This document shows, one piece after another, positions 44,715-52,243 of a stretch of DNA of 64,000 bases. The position numbers and the translations under genes were made by a program. This DNA comes from Pseudomonadota bacterium (lineage in GTDB: Bacteria; Verrucomicrobiota; Verrucomicrobiia; Limisphaerales; SXTU01): assembly GCA_009924135.1 (NCBI GenBank), contig RFSE01000010.1:63-64062 (forward strand). The letters run 5' to 3'. The notes under the pieces were generated by a model. It was not told the origin of the DNA. It made no database searches and saw only the letters and a program-made list of their open reading frames with translations. How positions within the stretch are numbered: position 1 is the stretch's first letter; each line of letters begins with the position of its first letter.

Positions 44715-45182
44715 ATGAAAAAAATCCTGTTAGTTCTTATTGTCGGTGCACTCGGAATCTTCCTGCTCTCCACTTCGGCCCAGGACCCGCAGCGTCCGCA
44801 GCCCGGACGGGATGGGACGTCATCGCAGCCCGGACGGGATGGGACGTCATCGCAGCCCGGACGCGATGGAGCGTCACCGCAGCCGGGCCAGCCAGGTTTC
44901 CGGCCGCCCAAGCACCCGCTCGAAGTGGCGCTGGATGCCAATGGCGACGGGGTTATTGATGCGCAGGAAATTGCCAATGCCTCCGCTGCGCTCAAGAAGC
45001 TCGACAAAAATGGCGACGGCAAATTGACCGAGGACGAGTATCGTCCGGCCCGGCCGATGGGTGGTCCCGGTGGGCGCGGTGGCTTTGGCGGACCGGGCGG
45101 CGGTGGTCCCGGCAATGGCCCGCAGGGCCGCGACAGCAAGGACGCCAGCCCGGCCAACAAACGACCACCGCTGGACAAGTAA
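44715..45182 (+). CDS. Secreted EF-hand Ca-binding protein with QPGRDG(T/A)S(S/P) repeats and Gly-rich tail
   Basis: Signal peptide MKKILLVLIVGALGIFLLSTSAQ. Two canonical 12-residue loops, DANGDGVIDAQE and DKNGDGKLTEDE (44934-45038). Tail GGPGGRGGFGGPGGGGPGNGPQGRD. Confidence 0.85.
   Translation: MKKILLVLIVGALGIFLLSTSAQDPQRPQPGRDGTSSQPGRDGTSSQPGRDGASPQPGQPGFRPPKHPLEVALDANGDGVIDAQEIANASAALKKLDKNGDGKLTEDEYRPARPMGGPGGRGGFGGPGGGGPGNGPQGRDSKDASPANKRPPLDK
44799..44879 (+). repeat. 27-bp tandem repeat x3 (third copy diverged)
   Basis: CAGCCCGGACGGGATGGGACGTCATCG at 44799 and 44826, and CAGCCCGGACGCGATGGAGCGTCACCG at 44853. In frame (QPGRDGTSS x2, QPGRDGASP). Confidence 0.9.
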
Positions 45183-45485
45183 GCTCAGAGTTCACGAACT
45201 TCAGTAAATGAAGTGTCGCGCTGGGCGCGTGGTGTTCACCCTGGATAAAGCCCGACCACCAACGGCTTGCAGTAATCTTGCCCCACCAGTTACCGCAGGT
45301 CTTTCTTTCGGGGCAGAGTGAATCCTTCTGCTTTACTGCGGCTTCACTGGGGCGGGCAGGATGCCCGCCGCCACAAGAGCCGACCTCGCTCTTCGGTTTA
45401 AACCAGCGAAGAATCCACCATTTCATGCTAAGTCCTCGCCAATCCATGGTGAGTACAGTCGGCCGCTCACAGCCATTCTTGCGCT

Positions 45486-46316
45486 GTGAAAAACGAGAAC
45501 CTACCAGAGGCGGGCGGAAAACCGGAGGCCCAACCGGTCCGCGACTGGGTCGCCTCGACCGTGCGGTGGGGGACTTTGGGAGTCAGCGTGGTGGTGGCGG
45601 TCGTGGTGGTTTCCTGCGCCACGGTCACCCGGACGGTGGTCGAGATGCCGACCATTCCCGGGGCCGAGTTCGTGGGGAACCAGAACTGCGCGCAGTGCCA
45701 CGCGGAGACGGTCCGGGATTTCAAGACCTCCAGCCACGCCAAGCTACAGGCCAAGGGCACCAACGCCGTTAACCTTGGCTGCGAAGGCTGCCATGGCCCG
45801 GGTAGTTTGCACGCTCAGGCCGGTGGCGGACGCAACAACATCCTGAATCCACGGCGCGACGCCGAGACGTGCTTCAAGTGCCATCTCGACAAACGGGGCG
45901 AATTCTCCCTCCCGCACCATCACCCGGTGCTGGAAGGCAAGGTGAGCTGCGGCGATTGTCACCATCCCCACAAGGGTGACGCCATCGCGGGTGGAGGCAC
46001 CCACCTCGCCTCGGAGCACGAGACCTGTGGCCGGTGCCACACGGCCCAGCGTGGGCCGTTCGTCTTCGAGCACGAGGCGGTGCGGGAAGGCTGCACCACC
46101 TGCCACAAGCCGCACGGCTCGGTGAACCGCCGGATGCTTACGGAGCGCAATTCCAACCTGTGCTTCAAGTGCCACTTCCAGCAGCAGACGGCGGCCGGCA
46201 AGGTCTTCAATGGCGGGGTTGATCACACTTCGTTCCTCAAGCGCGGCACCTGCTTCAGCGGCGGCTGTCACGAGGCGGTCCATGGTTCCAACATTGGTTC
46301 ATCCCTGCGGTTCTGA
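45486..46316 (+). CDS. Multihaem c-type cytochrome, 7 CxxCH + 1 CxxxxCH (octahaem), probable lipoprotein; MtrA/PioA/MtoA-like periplasm-to-barrel cytochrome
   Basis: CAQCH, CEGCH, CFKCH, CGDCH, CGRCH, CTTCH, CFKCH plus CFSGGCH. Lipobox-like VVVSC after a hydrophobic helix. C-terminal ...CHEAVHGSNIGSSLRF. GTG start. Confidence 0.9.
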   Translation: MKNENLPEAGGKPEAQPVRDWVASTVRWGTLGVSVVVAVVVVSCATVTRTVVEMPTIPGAEFVGNQNCAQCHAETVRDFKTSSHAKLQAKGTNAVNLGCEGCHGPGSLHAQAGGGRNNILNPRRDAETCFKCHLDKRGEFSLPHHHPVLEGKVSCGDCHHPHKGDAIAGGGTHLASEHETCGRCHTAQRGPFVFEHEAVREGCTTCHKPHGSVNRRMLTERNSNLCFKCHFQQQTAAGKVFNGGVDHTSFLKRGTCFSGGCHEAVHGSNIGSSLRF

Positions 46317-46317
46317 A

Positions 46318-48471
46318 ATGGAGAACGTCATGAAAACCCCAGCAAATCGCCCTCTCAATCCCTCGGTCGAAAGCCGGCATGGCGCGTTGGTGCTCGCGGT
46401 GGCACTGGCCGGCGGTTCGGTGGCCTCCGCCCAAACCGTGACCAACAACGTGGCCGGGGCCAAGCCTGCGGCCGAGGCCAACCCGGCCGAGGAGCCGGTG
46501 AACTGGATCACCCTGGGTGCCGGGGGCGTGTCCACGAGCGGCAACCGTGCGGCGTTTGAGGAACGCTGGGGCAGATCGCAGGGAGTCATGGGTGGCTTGC
46601 AGGACTTTCATTACGAGTTGTTGTTTGGGAAGAAGGGGATGCTGGAACTGGACGGCAAGGCCATGTACGGCCAGCAGGATTACTCGGTGAAGCTGGGCGT
46701 GGCGGACCCGGATGTCGGGTTCCTGCGCGGCGGGTTCAAACAGTCGCAGACCTGGTACGACGGCAGCGGCGGGTATTACCCGGCCACGGGCAAGTCGTTT
46801 TCCCTCTACAGTGACGAACTGAGTTTGAAACGCGGCGAGTATTGGGTCGAAGGCGGCCTGACCCCGCCGGATGGGCCGATGCTGACGTTGAAACTGGCCC
46901 GCGAGTATCGCCGGGGCACCAAGGATTCGCTCATCTGGGGCGATTCGACCCAGGGCGGCACCGCGCGCGGAATGGTGCCCAGCTTTCGTGACCTGAATGA
47001 GTTGAGAAACATCATCATCGCCGACTTGAAACACACCGTCGGCAAGACCGATGTGGGCATCGGCCTGCGGTATGACAAGGTGGACAACAACGACGCGCTC
47101 AAGGAACACCGGAAGCCCGGGGAAGCGGGAGCGGATCGGTATGTGACCCAGCGGGACCTGTTTCAGGCGGACATGCTGAATTTCCACGGCTTCACCGAGA
47201 CGCGCTTCAATGACGCGGTGATGCTGACCACGGGCTATTCCTACACCCGGCTGAACACCGATCTTGGCGGCAGCCGGATTTATGGTGCTGGTTACGATGC
47301 GGTTTACTCCAAGACCTCGGTGAACCGGCAGTTCCATGACGAGGGTTACTACAATCTCACCGGCGGCTCGATTGTGGACCAGTATGTGATGAACCTCGCA
47401 CTGCGGCTCGAACTGGCAGAGAACCTGGTGTTGATCCCTTCGTTGCGGGCGGAAAAGATTGATACCACGGGCAGCACCTCTTTCACCGAGACCTCCGTGG
47501 GAGCGGGGCCAGGCTTTGTCACGGCCGAGAGCAACCTGTTGAATTCACGTCAGAACGGTTTTTTGACGGTTTCCGAAGCCATGGAGGCCCGCTACACGGG
47601 CTTGCAGAACTGGCTGCTCTACGCCCGGGGCGATTGGTCGGAAGGCGATGGCTATCTGCGCGAGACGGAACAGGACCTCACCGCCGGAACAACGGGCATC
47701 AACCGCAGCACGGACTCCGAGCGATTCACGCAGAAGTACACCTTTGGTGCCAACTGGTATCCGCTGCGGAAGCTTCATTTCGCCGCCCAGTTCTACCACA
47801 AAAACGTCGAGAACGATTACACCCATCTGGTGGATTCGACGCCCAACACCAGCGGGGACCGTTATCCGGCCTACCTGCTGGCGCACCATCTCACTACGGA
47901 CGATTTCAACGTGCGGGCGACGTGGCGGCCCTTGCCCAATGTCACCTCGGTGACCCGGTATGACTACCAGATTTCCAGCATCGACACCTACCCGGATGGG
48001 CTGATTGGCATCGAGAGCGCTCAGACCACGGCGCACATCATCAGCCAGACCCTGACCTGGGTACCGTGGTCGCGGCTCTTCCTGCAGGGTACTTTCAGTT
48101 ACGCGCTGGACTCCACCACCACGCCAGCCAGTTCGCTCACGGGCGGGGCGGCCGGTCTAGTCAGCGACGCACGCAATGACTACTGGCAGGCAACGGCCGC
48201 CGCGACATTCGTGGTGGATGACAAGAGCGATTTGAAGGCCAGTTACTTCTATTACCGGGCCAACAATTTCATCGATAACTCGGTTTACAGCATGCCTTAC
48301 GGCACGAGCGGCAATGACCACACGGTGAACGTCAGCCTCGACCGCAAGTTCAGCAAGACCGTGAAGGGCACCATCAGCTATGGCTTTTTCCGTCATCGCG
48401 ATGACACCACTGGCGGGCTGGATAATTACACCGCCCACACCATTTTTTCGTCCATCACCTACCGTTTCTAA
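46318..48471 (+). CDS. Large outer-membrane beta-barrel (about 717 aa), MtrB/PioB-like porin partner of the octahaem cytochrome
   Basis: Signal peptide ...GALVLAVALAGGSVASAQT. Long series of alternating-hydrophobic strands rich in Y/W/G/D/N/T. Terminal ...FSSITYRF (aromatic C-terminal residue of OMPs). ATG lies 1 nt after the cytochrome stop. Confidence 0.75.
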   Translation: MENVMKTPANRPLNPSVESRHGALVLAVALAGGSVASAQTVTNNVAGAKPAAEANPAEEPVNWITLGAGGVSTSGNRAAFEERWGRSQGVMGGLQDFHYELLFGKKGMLELDGKAMYGQQDYSVKLGVADPDVGFLRGGFKQSQTWYDGSGGYYPATGKSFSLYSDELSLKRGEYWVEGGLTPPDGPMLTLKLAREYRRGTKDSLIWGDSTQGGTARGMVPSFRDLNELRNIIIADLKHTVGKTDVGIGLRYDKVDNNDALKEHRKPGEAGADRYVTQRDLFQADMLNFHGFTETRFNDAVMLTTGYSYTRLNTDLGGSRIYGAGYDAVYSKTSVNRQFHDEGYYNLTGGSIVDQYVMNLALRLELAENLVLIPSLRAEKIDTTGSTSFTETSVGAGPGFVTAESNLLNSRQNGFLTVSEAMEARYTGLQNWLLYARGDWSEGDGYLRETEQDLTAGTTGINRSTDSERFTQKYTFGANWYPLRKLHFAAQFYHKNVENDYTHLVDSTPNTSGDRYPAYLLAHHLTTDDFNVRATWRPLPNVTSVTRYDYQISSIDTYPDGLIGIESAQTTAHIISQTLTWVPWSRLFLQGTFSYALDSTTTPASSLTGGAAGLVSDARNDYWQATAAATFVVDDKSDLKASYFYYRANNFIDNSVYSMPYGTSGNDHTVNVSLDRKFSKTVKGTISYGFFRHRDDTTGGLDNYTAHTIFSSITYRF

Positions 48472-48492
48472 GTCAGCTCAACTCTGAATCCC

Positions 48493-48831
48493 ATGAACTC
48501 AAAGCAAACCCTCATCGTAACCACCGTCACATTTCTCCTGGCCGCCGCTCCCTCCTTGCTGGCGGCCGATGTCGCGGAAAACTGGACCAAGAATTGCGGC
48601 TCCTGCCACGGTGCCGACGGCACGGGCAAAACCAAGGCCGGGCGCATGGCAGGGGCGAAGGATCTCACTGATGGGGCCTACCAGAAGCAATTCACCGACG
48701 AACAAATGCTTCAGCGTCTCAAGGATGGCGTGACCGACAAGGGCAAGGAGAAGATGAAGCCCTATAAAGGCGTGCTCTCCGACGATGAATTGAAAGCGTT
48801 GGTCGCCAAGGTCCGGACATTTGCGAAGTAA
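48493..48831 (+). CDS. Periplasmic monohaem class-I cytochrome c
   Basis: Signal peptide MNSKQTLIVTTVTFLLAAAPSLLAA. Single CGSCHGADGTG. Distal KMKPY (Met ligand). ...LSDDELKALVAKVRTF. Confidence 0.9.
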   Translation: MNSKQTLIVTTVTFLLAAAPSLLAADVAENWTKNCGSCHGADGTGKTKAGRMAGAKDLTDGAYQKQFTDEQMLQRLKDGVTDKGKEKMKPYKGVLSDDELKALVAKVRTFAK

Positions 48832-48888
48832 GCCGGTCACCTGCGGGTGACCCACGCGTGGTGAAACGGTCTGCAACCCTTCGACCGG

Positions 48889-49614
48889 ATGAATGAGAAC
48901 CAGAAAACCTCGCTCGCCCTGACCAGTCTGACGGTCCTCTTCAGCCTGGCCGCGCTGGTGTTCTGGATGACGCCTCACGCTGGCACCACGAACAAGAGCA
49001 GCGGGCCATTGGTTGGAACGGCATTCACCAACACCGCCACCTTCCGCCTTTCCGTCGCCGACTTGACGAAGGCGGGTGGCGATGTGTCGGGGCTGGATTG
49101 CTACGCCTGCCACAGCAAGGACAAGCCGGTGGCTCCGAAGTTTGACGCGGCCGGCCGGTTGATTCCTTCGGTCGCTCATCGCGATGTGGTGTTTTCACGG
49201 ATGAATTGCGCCGGTTGCCACGCAGCGTCAGAGAAGGTGGAACTCAAGTTTGATGCCGAAGGAAAAATCCTCACGCCGGCCGCCCACACCAATGACGTGG
49301 CCCGCCACGGTCGCACCATCGGCAATGACCACTGCTTCAATTGTCACGACGCAACAAACCTTACCGAATTGCACACGCCCGGGGGCAAGAAGCTCAAACT
49401 CGCCGACAGCACGCAGCTCTGCGGGAGCTGCCACGGCCCGAGCTATCGTGACTGGGAGGCCGGTCTGCATGGACGACACAATGGCTTCTGGAACGTGAAG
49501 CTGGGTCCGATGGAGCGCAAGGACTGCACCTCCTGCCACGACCCACATGCGCCCGATTTGCCACACCTGAAACCCCTGCCGCCGCCGTTCCGCACGGCCT
49601 TGAGAGGACACTGA
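48889..49614 (+). CDS. Membrane-anchored pentahaem c-type cytochrome
   Basis: N-terminal TM helix LALTSLTVLFSLAALVFWM. CYACH, CAGCH, CFNCH, CGSCH, CTSCH. Confidence 0.9.
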   Translation: MNENQKTSLALTSLTVLFSLAALVFWMTPHAGTTNKSSGPLVGTAFTNTATFRLSVADLTKAGGDVSGLDCYACHSKDKPVAPKFDAAGRLIPSVAHRDVVFSRMNCAGCHAASEKVELKFDAEGKILTPAAHTNDVARHGRTIGNDHCFNCHDATNLTELHTPGGKKLKLADSTQLCGSCHGPSYRDWEAGLHGRHNGFWNVKLGPMERKDCTSCHDPHAPDLPHLKPLPPPFRTALRGH

Positions 49615-49615
49615 C

Positions 49616-50572
49616 ATGGCCGCCAACCCCAACTTGCCGAACCTGGCCTCCCCGCCGCCTCCCGCTGGCGGGACCAGCCGCCGGAGCTTTCTCCGCACAT
49701 CCGCCGCCGTGGCCTCCGGTCTCGCCGCGATGGCCGCGAGCCTGGCCCCGCTGCGTGAACTGAGCGACTTCGGTTCCGTGGAGGAGTTCCTGCAAAAGCA
49801 CTACAAGGAACTAACGCCCGTCGAGATGGAGCAGGCGTTGGCGCGCATCCGCCGCGAGGTCGAGAAGCAGTACGGCCTGCGTCCGCACGTGCGCGATCTC
49901 AAGCCGATGGACGGCGTCGAGTTTGTCTATTGCCTGAACCTCACGCGGTGCATTGGCTGCCGGAAATGCGTTCATGCCTGCGTCGCGGAGAACAACCAGT
50001 CGCGCAGCCCGGAGATTCAATACATCCGCGTGCTCAAGATGCCCAACGGCACCTTCGACATGGAAAAGGGCGACCACCACTACGTCACACCGACCGTACC
50101 GGAAAAGGGTTTTTACTACATGCCGGTGCAGTGCCATCAATGCAAGAATCCGCCTTGCGTTAAGGTTTGTCCCGTGGACGCCACCTGGCAAGAGAGCGAT
50201 GGCATTACCGTGATCGATTACGACTGGTGCATCGGCTGCCGCTATTGTGAGGCCGCGTGCCCCTACTTCGCCCGGCGCTTCAACTTCGCTGAACCCAAGA
50301 TTCCGAAGGAACAGGTCAATCTGGACATGGCCTATCTGGGCAACCGGCCGCGTCACAAGGGCGTGATGGAAAAATGCCACTTCTGCATCCAGCGCACGCG
50401 TGCCGGCAAATACCCCGCCTGCCTCGAAGTCTGCCCCACCGGCGCCCGCAAGTTCGGCAACATTCTTGATCCCGCGAGCGAGGTTTCTCAAATCCTCCGT
50501 AACAAGCGTGTATTCGTGCTGAAGGAGGAGGTCGGGACCCTGCCGAGGTTCTTCTACTACTTTGATGTATGA
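49616..50572 (+). CDS. Tat-exported 4x[4Fe-4S] ferredoxin-type subunit (NrfC/HybA/PsrB-like)
   Basis: Twin-arginine signal TSRRSFLRTSAAVASGLAAMA. Four Cys clusters: CIGCRKCVHAC, CHQCKNPPCVKVCP, CIGCRYCEAACP, CHFCIQR...CLEVCP. Starts 1 nt after the preceding stop. Confidence 0.9.
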   Translation: MAANPNLPNLASPPPPAGGTSRRSFLRTSAAVASGLAAMAASLAPLRELSDFGSVEEFLQKHYKELTPVEMEQALARIRREVEKQYGLRPHVRDLKPMDGVEFVYCLNLTRCIGCRKCVHACVAENNQSRSPEIQYIRVLKMPNGTFDMEKGDHHYVTPTVPEKGFYYMPVQCHQCKNPPCVKVCPVDATWQESDGITVIDYDWCIGCRYCEAACPYFARRFNFAEPKIPKEQVNLDMAYLGNRPRHKGVMEKCHFCIQRTRAGKYPACLEVCPTGARKFGNILDPASEVSQILRNKRVFVLKEEVGTLPRFFYYFDV

Positions 50573-52239
50573 ACCGGACCGCGAAAAACTTTCTGAGCTT
50601 TCTCTGGCGCTGCGGCCAGCTTGCCTGCGAGGGCGACTGGCGGTATTTCGCCTGGACCGGTGCATTGTTCCTGCTCTGCCTCGTGGGCCTCAACGCCTAT
50701 GCGAAACAGTTTGTTCAGGGGCTGGTTTCGACGGACATGACGGACCAGGTTTGCTGGGGCGTTTACATCGCGAACTTCTCCTTCCTCGTCGGCATCGCGG
50801 CTTCGGCGGTCATACTGGTCATCCCGGTCTACCTCTACAAAAACGAGGAGCTTCACGACCTGGTCATCTTTGGGGAACTGCTCGCGATCGTGGCGATCCT
50901 CATGGCGCTGGCGTTTGTGATGGTGGACCTTGGCCGGCCCGACCGCTTCTGGCACATGGTTCCGGGCATCGGCAAATTCAACTTCCCCGGGTCGCTGTTG
51001 AGCTGGGATGTCATCGTGCTCAACGGCTATCTGGCGTTGAATATTTACGTCGCCGCGTACCTGCTTTACTGCCGGTATGAAAAGCGCCCTCCGACAAAGG
51101 CACTTTACCTGCCGGTCATCTTCTTTGGGATTTTTTGGGCGGTTTCCACCATGATGGTTTCAGCCTTCCTTTACGTTGGCCTCGGTGGGCGGCCCTTTTG
51201 GAATTCGGCCATCATCGGCCCGCGGTTTCTGGCCTCGGCCTTCACGGCCGGACCGGCGCTCATCATCCTCGCGTTGCAAGTGGTCCGCCGCCTCACGGCC
51301 CATTCCCTTGCTTCCCCAACGGAGTCAGAGGTCGCCCCACTGGGGGTGCACCATGTCACGAAGGAAGACTGGGACCTGCTCGCCCGGGTTTTGCCGGAAC
51401 TCAGTTCCGCGTCGGAAGAGGCCCGCCTGCGCGTGCTTGCCAGCGGTGCCGTATTGGAAGTCCCCGCCGGCCGCACGCTTCTGCGTCAGGGCGCGCGGAG
51501 CGATGAGGCGTTTTTCGTGCTGCGCGGCCGGGTGTCCGTGAACCGTACCGACGGCGGCCGCATCCGCACCGTCCGCACGCTGGGTCCCGGCGAACAGTTC
51601 GGAGAGATTTCTGCGCTCAACGGCACGCCCCGCACGGCCACCGCCGTGGCCGACCAACATGCCTGGGTGCTCCGGTTGCCCTCGGCTGCGCTTCGCGAAC
51701 TGATGAAATCCCCCGCTCTCGACCATGTCATCCGCGCGCGGATGCACGACCGGCTCATGATCAGCGACCGTGCTTTGCTCACGCTGCGCCACATCGTGCA
51801 GGTCGCGATGATCATCAACGTGTTCCTCTTGCTGAACGAGGTCTTCAAGGAGTTCTATACCGGCAACCTCCATGTCGCCGCTTCGCAATATCTCTACTTT
51901 GGCCTGGATGGGCATCATGCGCTGGTGCCGTGGATTTGGACCGCCATCGTCTGCAACCTGGTTGCTCTCACATTGTTGCTATTGCCGATCAGCACGAGCC
52001 TTAAGTGGCTTGATGTCGCGTGCGTGCTGGCCGTCGTCGGCATCTGGATCGAAAAGAGCATGGGGATCATCATTCCCGGCTTCGTGCCATCGCCTCTCGG
52101 TGAGATCGTGGAATACTCCCCCACCTGGAACGAGACGCTCATCTGCTTTGGCATCTGGGCGTTTGGCCTGCTGTGCTACACCGTGCTCCTGCGCGTCGCC
52201 GTGCCGATCCTGCAGGGGCGCTTCACCCGTATCGCATAA
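50569..52239 (+). CDS. NrfD/PsrC-type integral-membrane quinone-site subunit (about 10 TM) with an inserted cyclic-nucleotide-binding domain
   Basis: NrfD hallmark VMVDLGRPDRFWHM and many TM helices. Residues ~265-395 have a CAP/cNMP fold signature: FFVLRGRVSV...LGPGEQFGEISALNGTPRTATAVA. ATGA overlap with the Fe-S gene. Confidence 0.85.
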   Translation: MNRTAKNFLSFLWRCGQLACEGDWRYFAWTGALFLLCLVGLNAYAKQFVQGLVSTDMTDQVCWGVYIANFSFLVGIAASAVILVIPVYLYKNEELHDLVIFGELLAIVAILMALAFVMVDLGRPDRFWHMVPGIGKFNFPGSLLSWDVIVLNGYLALNIYVAAYLLYCRYEKRPPTKALYLPVIFFGIFWAVSTMMVSAFLYVGLGGRPFWNSAIIGPRFLASAFTAGPALIILALQVVRRLTAHSLASPTESEVAPLGVHHVTKEDWDLLARVLPELSSASEEARLRVLASGAVLEVPAGRTLLRQGARSDEAFFVLRGRVSVNRTDGGRIRTVRTLGPGEQFGEISALNGTPRTATAVADQHAWVLRLPSAALRELMKSPALDHVIRARMHDRLMISDRALLTLRHIVQVAMIINVFLLLNEVFKEFYTGNLHVAASQYLYFGLDGHHALVPWIWTAIVCNLVALTLLLLPISTSLKWLDVACVLAVVGIWIEKSMGIIIPGFVPSPLGEIVEYSPTWNETLICFGIWAFGLLCYTVLLRVAVPILQGRFTRIA

Positions 52240-52243
52240 TAAC

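Noticed and set aside
48889-52239. Calling the pentahaem / Fe-S / NrfD trio an Alternative Complex III (ActABC).
   Set aside because: The Fe-S subunit is only 318 aa, NrfC/HybA size, and lacks the large molybdopterin-like ActB1 part. No ActD, ActE or ActF-like genes follow. The generic label of NrfCD-type module is kept.
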